DNA of 64,000 nt from Octopus sinensis. Its lineage: Eukaryota. Position 1 is the stretch's first letter. Each line of letters starts with the position of its first letter. A program made the translations under genes and the position numbers. The stretch covers positions 109,926,001-109,990,000 of the forward strand of contig NC_042997.1 in the NCBI RefSeq assembly GCF_006345805.1, in the 5' to 3' direction. The notes beneath the pieces are model-generated. The model made no database searches. It worked only from the letters and a program-made list of their open reading frames with translations, and was not told where the DNA came from. Positions 54,641 to 64,000 of this stretch are shown here, one piece after another.

Positions 54641-55828
54641 TTAGTCGCGAACACAACGGCCTAGAATCTCACGTATGTTGTTTTGGAGAGTTGCTATATT
54701 CTTTCTGTGACGACATAAAATAATATTCCACCCAGTTTAAAACCTTTCCTTAATCTGAAACATATTGGATTTAAGCAAACTTATTTAAGTAAACATATTG
54801 GATTTAAGCAAACTTAGCCATATATCCCATGTGGTAAAACATATGTTTAGGATGTGTGCGCGCGCAAATCTGTGTTTGCATGTAAAAACGAAACACATGA
54901 GAAAAAGAGAATTGTACACAGCATTTTCTTTATTGGTCAGAAGAATTCGTTCCGGGATTTTCCGATCTTCGCCAGCTATTTTAGGCTGGAGGACTTAATT
55001 TAGCTTGTCTTAATTCCTTTGGGTCAAAGACCATATGAAACGAGTGGATGGAAGGAAAGAACTTCACCAAAGAAAACTCAGGGGTTCGCTGGTGCAATGG
55101 TAGTTTGGTGAAGATTTCTTGGCAACTGGAAAACAAAAGATATATGAAGTAAGATAAATGTGAAAATGAGGCTCAGGTCGAGGACGAAAAAATCATAGTT
55201 GAGCTGAGATATTAAAAGCTTGATTTTTATCTTTAGCTCTTAGGAAACTTTATCGTTTGCTGGCGAGTGGTTAGTAAACGAAATCCATATTCTTACTCTC
55301 TGTGGTGTAATATCTAAACTCACGCACACAAATTGTATCTTCCTTTTTCATTATTTTTTTCTCTTTCGATAATATATGAGCTGGTAAACTCATCTTCCGC
55401 AGCTAATTAGAACACATAAAATGGCGACGTAACGGCAGAAACAGTAGAAGTGTCTGAGTAATTATATTGCAGTATTTTAGTCCAACAACATTTTATATCC
55501 TACGTACAGTATCCCCCAAAGTCGATATTTCCTTTTATCTTTCTAGCTGAATACCAGTTATGTACTGCGGTCAGATAACTCGACTACACACTTAGTGAAA
55601 GATGGGTTTATGCTAAAATTTTGAAAAAGTAAAATATTAAACCAACCCCGAAAATAGTATTTCCTGATCCTAGTATAAAAAATATTTAACCATGGTTGGA
55701 ATTGTACTCGGTAATCTAACACAAATTGTTCCAACAAGTTACCACTACCTCCATTGATGAGATATGTTGCCAAAGTAGGATCTTAGGACTAGTTGGAACT
55801 GAGAATTCAGAATTGACAAGTTTATATG

Positions 55829-56328
55829 AACAATTGCAGCGTGGAAAGTGTTTACAAGCCATTTAAGAATACACAAAAAGCGTTACATTCACTTCAACAT
55901 TTACATTTAATTTGTCAAAATATTTTCTATTTCTTTATTACCCACAAGGGGCTAAACACAGAGAGAACAAACAAGGACAGACAAACGGATTAAGTCGATT
56001 ATATCGACCCCAGTGCGTAACTGCTACTTATTTAATCGACCCCGAAAGGATGAAAGACAAAGTCGACCTCGGCGGAATTTGAACTCAGAACGTAACGGCC
56101 GACGAAAACCCGCTTAGCATTTCGCCCGGCGTGCTAACGTTTCTGCCAGCTTGCCGCCCTATTTGTCAAAATATTTTCGTCGCTTTGAAACCGCGCTCTT
56201 CACTGACAAAATTCCGTGATGCACGGAATTTTGTCAGTGAAGAGGTCGCGGTTTAAATGTTGAAGTAAATCTAACGGTTTTTGTGTGTTTTTAAATGGCT
56301 AATAAACTCCTTCCACACTGCAATTGTT
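55829..56328. mobile_element. Fold-back element (inverted LTR-like pair) interrupted by a SINE
   Basis: Perfect 23-bp arms 56196-56218 / 56222-56244 around a 3-nt loop; outer ~75-bp arms about 85% identical as inverted repeats. Confidence 0.85.
55928..56160 (-). mobile_element. Young SINE family A with 18-bp TSD
   Basis: atttgtcaaaatattttc is duplicated at 55910-55927 and 56161-56178. Confidence 0.93.
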
Positions 56329-57159
56329 TTTATTCAAGGATAAATCCCGAGTTCAGCGTTTTCTTGCAGAGCAAAACAAGATCATAGATGATGTTTACAT
56401 TCCTTCTGGATAGTTACGGGGAATTTGGCAGGGTCCATTGTCTGACTGAGTTTAATTTTAAATATTGCTGCAATGACAATTTCAGTGCTGAAAGTTATGG
56501 CGGAGGGGATATGTCGAAGAATTACTTCGTTATAACCGAAACTCTTCAAAATAAGGAATCATTTGGTGGAGAGACACGATAGATAAGGCAGAAGTTCTTT
56601 GATCGTTGGTCTGCTGGTCTTGCTGACCTGGAGCTAAGTCATCTTTGACCTCAGGATTCCTGGATCAAATCTGACCTGGGGCTAAATTACAAGGTGCTCG
56701 CAAAGCTGTATTTGTAAAACTATAAGATGCAAAGAAAGTCATTGCTTCGTCCTTGATTTGTGCAATTAAACGCTGTAAATTAATTAGTGTTTTTGAACTT
56801 ATCTAAACTCGCTACTATTTTTTAGAGATTAGTCAAGAAGGGTGGGAATTAGACCGGGTGCGTCTGAGGCGGTTGATATTTATTCTGAATGTTTTTAGTT
56901 CAGTGTTTGTAAGACAAGAAACGAATGAACAAGGGCGGTGGGATCGAAAGTATTGCATCAAGGGGAAGAAGGACTAGGTGCAGCATTTAGTGTACAGAGA
57001 CATTTTGAAGGTGACGTGTAAGTTAGGAGTGCCGAGGAGGAGGGGCGTTTATGCCACCGCAAGCAGCACAGAAAAGCGGAGGTCGTTGAAATAGCAGTGC
57101 TTTTACCTTGGCGAGAGAGGATTGGTAAAGTATTGACTGTTGTATTACTGATAGAAGAG

Positions 57160-57445
57160 TGAAGGCGCTTGGCTTAGTGGTTAGGGCCATTCGAATCACG
57201 ATTAAGGTCGTGAGTTCAATTCCCGGCGACGCGTTGTGTCCTTGAGCAAGACACTTTATTACACGTTGTTACAGTCCACACAGCTGGCAAAAATGAGTTG
57301 TACCTGTATTTCAAAGAGCTGAATCTCCCCGAGAACTACGTTTAGGGGTACATGTGTCTGTGGAGTGCTCAGCCACTTGCACGAGGAAGCTACTCCATTA
57401 ATCATATCAGCTGGGACCCTTGTCGTCGTAACCGACGGATTGTGC
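57160..57445 (+). mobile_element. SINE family B with internal deletions
   Basis: gaaggcgcttggcttagtggttaggg head and gtgtccttgagcaagacacttt motif. Confidence 0.8.
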
Positions 57446-58119
57446 TCCTAGTGATAGAAGAAGATAAAGAGAGAGAAAGCTCATCTATAGAACGTGCGCT
57501 GGTTCCTCTCCTTGCATCTATATTAGTGTGTCTAAATGTAACGGAATATCAAAAAAGAAATATAACGACAGAAATAGAAAATGGAGGCAACAACAAGGAA
57601 CGCGTCCCAGTAATACTTCTATATTATATCCGTGTCACAGTTTTGGAGTGGTTTAAATGATTGAAACGAGAATCAATACATTTAAATAATTTGTTTTCAA
57701 TACCAACAGCTTCAAATTAAAGTTTTAGTAAATGTCTCCATGTGGATGTGTTTTGTGTGAAAAAGAACATCCACATGTTGCATGGGATCATTAAATGTAG
57801 GTTTGTGTAAAATCAAGACAGATACGATATGGAGAGGCACCAGTTGGGAATAATTGAAATACATGCAGTGAAAGACTAAAATATATGAGTCTTTTTTTTA
57901 GGTGATCGGTTTTAAGCAAAAGAAAATCAGAAAGAAAAAAAAAGATTTGCCATTGGTTTGGTTGCATTTGTGTTGTTGGTGTTGTTGTTGTCGTCGTCTT
58001 CGAATGTTGCATTCTTACGCAACAAAACCTTCAGTAACTGATTGTTAATCATAAAACAAAATATTTCAAGTATGGGGATTTTATCCGGCTTGTTGAGGTC
58101 AGTGGGAATATATTTGACA

Positions 58120-58312
58120 AACAAGGACAGACAAAACGGATTAAGTCAATCACATCGACCCCAGTGCTCAACTGGTACTTATTTTATCGATCCCGAAAGC
58201 ATGAAAGGCAAAATCGACCTCGGCGGAATTTGAACTCTGAACATCGCGATGGACGAATTACCACTAAGCATTTGACCGGTGTGCTAACTATTCTGCCAGT
58301 TCACTGCTTTAA
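58120..58312 (-). mobile_element. SINE family A
   Basis: atcgaccccagtgctcaactggtacttatttt...gacctcggcggaatttgaactc. Confidence 0.8.
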
Positions 58313-58785
58313 CTTGCGTTAATATAACGAAGTATTTCTTTATTACCCACAAGGGGCTAAACATAGATGGGACAATACACACATGTGGGGGACAATCAAC
58401 GTATGAAAGAATGGAATAGTGAAATTATACAATGAAGATGGAACGCCCCCCCCCTCCAGACCCACTCCGGGTGATTATTACGTAAATATAACGAAGGTTT
58501 AAGCCGTACAAACGCATTGGTTGTTTAAATAAGGGGCTGGAGGCAAAGAATAATTGCATAGAAAGATGGCGGACTACTTTGTATGGGTGTCATTTGGGCT
58601 TGTGGATTTGAAGAGCAATATACCGCAGAGGATCATGAACTGAAAACAAAAGCAGGAGATCGAATGAATAATTTAACCGGAAAAACTGTAAGAATATAAT
58701 TGTTACAACTGTTATGTCTCTGACGAAAATGTGTAAGATATTCTTGGTAAACGTAAAATTGAGGTGGACGTGTAGAAAACAGATC

Positions 58786-58930
58786 ATACATACATACATA
58801 CATACATACATACATACATACATACATACATACATACATACATACATACATACATACATACATACATACATACATACATACATACATACATACATACATA
58901 CATACATACATACATACATACATACATACA
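58786..58930. repeat. Pure (CATA)n microsatellite
   Basis: Directly visible. Confidence 0.95.
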
Positions 58931-60609
58931 TCACAGCTGCGTCCTCGTTACACGAGAAAAGCCATTTCCAAGAAGACTTACTGAAATGATTCATGATTGT
59001 AGCCATGTGATGCCCTTATAAGACTTTTAAGCCCGGACAAGCTTTACGCTGTTGCGATCGGCATATTCACGTTCGAATCCACCAGAAGGTATTAAGAACG
59101 GGTAGTTTTATTAGTTTTATTTGAAGAGTGAGCTTTAGTGTTCACACAAAATGTCTTCCAGAAAAATGCGAAAATATCGAGGCGTCAGCACTTAGCGTTA
59201 GCCACCGCACCCTACGAATGAGATTTTGACTATCGCGTAATTTTGGATGTTGCTATTCAGGTTTTAGAATAAATTGTTCACATTAAATGTTACAAAAATA
59301 ACCATAATTATGAAATTAGTTCCTGAAACATAAGTTTATACCGATAAGATACTCTTATGTGTTCGTGACTTTCGGAAGGTCATTAAAGATACGGCTGAAA
59401 CAGAATGCCTGCAGCTGGAAACCATAACATGGTTGTAGTTTCATCTGAAGTGCATTTAGTATGCTCAGGGCCCCACCATGAAGGAACTAAGGTAATGCTG
59501 AAGGGAATATCTACTGAATTAGAAACGATATTAAAAAAATGTGGAATGTAAATAGTCAAAGCAGCAGATATTGGTTTTCTACTAAAACACTCCCAAATAT
59601 AAGTAATTTAATAATTCCTTGCGTCGGCTTTATGCTACAGATTTATACAAAATGAAAAAGAGAAACTTTAGACAATTAATCTCTCTCCCAAGAGTCTTAG
59701 TGGCATACTAAATCGGCTTTAAACGAGAATTGAAACCGGGTCACCGACACGGTTTACCAACAAATTACTGCAGCCTCGATATACATAGGTAACCTAATAA
59801 ACTTTTGTATGTTATTTTTTGTAATTATGTTATTCATGGTATGTTTAAGGTCTTGTTGCGACTAGGATCCAGTTTTTGTTGGTTTAAAGTTGTTTCGAGC
59901 CAGCGACATTAGCAAATGATCGGTGACACACCACCCTCTTCCCTTTCGACATGAATAGAACAGAAAACAATACTGTTATTCAGGACATTACTTATTTAAG
60001 TTTGAGTAAATGTGTTTACTCAATCGATATGTATTTAAATCAACTAAAGCCACTTAATACCTGATATTTACGCTTTAAAGTGAAACATAAAACCTGGAGA
60101 TGTAGTTTCGTTTGTAAGCTGTAAACTGCATATACTCAGTAATCCATTCTAAACGAACTGAGGCGGCAGACGATTCAAAGAAGTGAAATGAAGATATTTC
60201 CCTTGGTTCAGGATACGGTATCAACATGGTTACCCATTATTATTATTCCATAAATCTACATTACGTCTTTATCTGCTGCAATTATTTCCTTTACATTTAT
60301 AGCATTCACTATTCCCACAAGAGACGTTTTGCTTCTTCTTGTTAATTTTTGGCAAGCTTTTGCTATAACAACACGAATCTTTGATATATTACCAGTGTTT
60401 AGGTAAATGGCAACCGACTGACTATATTAGTGAGCTGTAAGCAGTTCTAGGAAATGGAAAATAGGAAGCGAAGCAACAATTAAAAGCAATAAAATAAGAA
60501 AGAAAAACGTGTCAGATTAATAATTGCGACTATAAGAAGAAATAGTGGAAGGGAAGAAGAAAAAAATGAAAGAGACACCAGAAATAACGAAAGCTGAGAT
60601 GTGGAGGAA

Positions 60610-60837
60610 AAGAAGAAGAAGAAGAAGAAGAAGAAGAAGAAGAAGAAGAAGAAGAAGAAGAAGCAGAAGAAGAAGAAGAAAGAAGAAGAAGAAGAAGAAG
60701 GGAAATATTTATAGTCGAGAAGAAAAAAAATACTGTTTTAAAAGCTGCAGAATGAATTATAAATTTTTGTACATTTTACATTTTTTTCGAGATCCCTTTT
60801 TTTTCACCTTTTCTTAGCATTTTCTCTCCTTGCTTCA

Positions 60838-60930
<93 letters not shown>
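60610..60930. repeat. (GAA)n and (CT)n microsatellites
   Basis: (GAA)n at about 60610-60700 and (CT)n at about 60843-60930. Confidence 0.9.
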
Positions 60931-60932
<2 letters not shown>

Positions 60933-61714
60933 TCTCTCTGCACACTTTTCTTACCATATCTGCTGTTTTTCTTCGTCGTGTTTCTTTTTTTTTTACTTTA
61001 TCGCCATAGTAACGTTATTTGAACCTCAACCCTGGGGAAAATAACACATTCTGACAAGGATTGGGTTTAAATAATAATAACTGAAGACGTGAAAGATTAC
61101 AATCAATCATTTTGTTTTATTTATACATTTTGACACACCTCCATTTAATGACAGTTAGTGATTAGGGCCGCTTGTAGCAAAGAACATGATGTAGAGTTTC
61201 TTATGCTTGTTTTGTTTTTTCTCTTGTTTTCTCAGAACATTGTTGAATCTGAAGAATTTCAATGTTACACTTTTACTTTTCTCCGTTCATTTTTTTTGTT
61301 CTCCCAACTTTTCTTCCCATGGGAGATAATTCTAGTTAACTCGGTAAAGAGAATAAAGGTTAGAACATAAAAATATACCGGATATATTTAAAGAATCCTT
61401 TATCCTTGAATTCTTGGTGCTTCTTTTAAGAAAAGCTTGCCTGTGAGGCTGATTAATTTCCATAGAATATATGCAGCTTGATAAAGAATCTATCCCGGTG
61501 TAAGACATTAAGGAGAAGAGATGAATTTTGTAAATTAGACAATGGACACGAATCACAGTCTTATAAATTTCCGAGAAAGGATTCTGTTGTGAAGAAGCAA
61601 GACAATTATGTTATTCCTAGTAGTTACTTGTATTTCCTGTAAAACACATACTAACCCCTAATACTATAAGGGTCTTAGAATTTATTACCATACAGTTGCG
61701 TCACATCAGATTGC

Positions 61715-62590
<876 letters not shown>

Positions 62591-62917
62591 ATGTGTAAGT
62601 TTGTGTAGGTGTGTGTGTGATTATATTAATTATGGATGGTAAAACAAATGGATACACCTGTCAAGGTTATCATTTGAGGTGTGACATCGATCATATTTTG
62701 TTACTGAAACAACACACATACAAACATTCACATACTTCCCTTCTACACGCACGCACACATACACACATATACTCACGCAGAGTTGAAACGATGTGTGATC
62801 TTTTTTTACCGTAGGATTTGCCATCAACCCTTCCTTCCTTATTCATCTATCACCCCTTCCTTTCTCATTCATATGTTGTGACGGAGAAACACACAAGAGT
62901 ATCATTATAGTAGAATA

Positions 62918-62979
<62 letters not shown>

Positions 62980-62980
<1 letters not shown>

Positions 62981-63230
62981 CGGGAAGCTTTATGAAAATA
63001 GACAAAAGACGAAGGCAGGTTTACGGAAATAAACAAAAGACGAAGGCAGGTGGAATACAAACAAACAATTGTATTAGTATGGCGCTCAGGAAATATAAAT
63101 AAAACAAGTCTTAACGTTTCGAGCCTACGCTCTTCAACAGAAAGATACACAGAGAAAAAAAACAGAAAGAAGGAGAGAAAAAAATGCGTGCAGAGGCTAG
63201 CGAATCAACATGGCGATATATATATATTAT
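62980..63230 (-). mobile_element. Penelope-type LTR-like fragment with hammerhead-like motif and a 31-bp internal tandem duplication
   Basis: Homologous to 40965-41250; acaaaagacgaaggcaggt occurs twice; bounded by (TA)n. Confidence 0.65.
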
Positions 63231-63511
63231 ATATATATATATATTATATATATATATATATATAGGTAAATGTAAAAAAACACAAACTGGGACAAGAACG
63301 CAAAACATTTAGAAGACGATACAAAAAAAAAACGGACGGGACATTCGAAGCCTTCGATCTACAGTCAAGAACCGGATCATCTTTGCAATTTCGGCTGATT
63401 AATCTTATATATATATATTATATATATAAACAATCATCAAGTTGGTTATTCGCAATTTACAACCGAAAGGCAACGATTATAGTCGTTATGTATGTGTGTG
63501 TGTGTATATAT

Positions 63512-63554
<43 letters not shown>

Positions 63555-63711
63555 AGAGAGAGAGAGAGAGAGAGAGAGATAAAACAGGGGACAACTGATT
63601 GTTCTTTATGTTGCCTGTCTCGTGTTTCTATTTGTTTCTTTCGTTGTGCAAAAAAATCTCGTTTTCCATACATATACATGTAGGTACGTACATATATGTA
63701 TGTATACATGC

Positions 63712-63743
<32 letters not shown>

Positions 63744-64000
63744 CAAAGCAAAAAGCAGAAAATGGTTTGAAAACTTTATTACCATGGATTATAGGAAGAG
63801 ATCGTTTACATTTTCATCAATAACAAAGTAAATACATTCTTCCATCCATGACAAACCTGTCAAAGCGCTTTCTTCATTTTTCTTTTTCATATAAATTTAC
63901 TCGTGTGGAACCTCTTAATCTTTTCAAGACATACACACATACATAAACACTTCTATACTCAGTGTTATATACTGTGACACAAGCGAAACATATTACATAC

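Noticed and set aside
54758-54816. 26-bp direct repeat aaacatattggatttaagcaaactta (two copies)
   Set aside because: A simple local slippage duplication with a 7-bp spacer and no further structure.

Overview
AT-rich, repeat-saturated animal genomic DNA, almost certainly from an octopus (inferred from the tRNA-derived SINE families and the extreme microsatellite load). One protein-coding gene is visible: the last three coding exons of a prickle-family planar-cell-polarity gene on the + strand (4290-4544 PET C-terminal half, 13698-13901 LIM1, 25867-27471 LIM2+LIM3+C-terminus ending in the CaaX box CAIS). Its 5' exons lie upstream of the window. The rest is intron or intergenic DNA containing three SINE families, a piggyBac-type MITE, two decayed Penelope-like (GIY-YIG) ORF remnants, a ~970 bp tandem duplication, a 100-N gap and many microsatellites. 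The main hidden signal is a constellation of short hammerhead-ribozyme (HHR) motifs. Three have a canonical CUGANGA/GAAA core (38.9 kb, 50.8 kb, 53.4 kb) and several carry core variants shared between copies. Most have a palindromic stem III, and several occur as divergent, head-to-head pairs inside fold-back elements. Other notable signals are inverted young SINEs tightly flanking the frame-preserving LIM1 exon (circRNA/editing geometry) and SINE trimers with an identical 184-bp period and palindromic junction at two loci. All RNA structures were paired by eye; no folding, alignment or database search was run.
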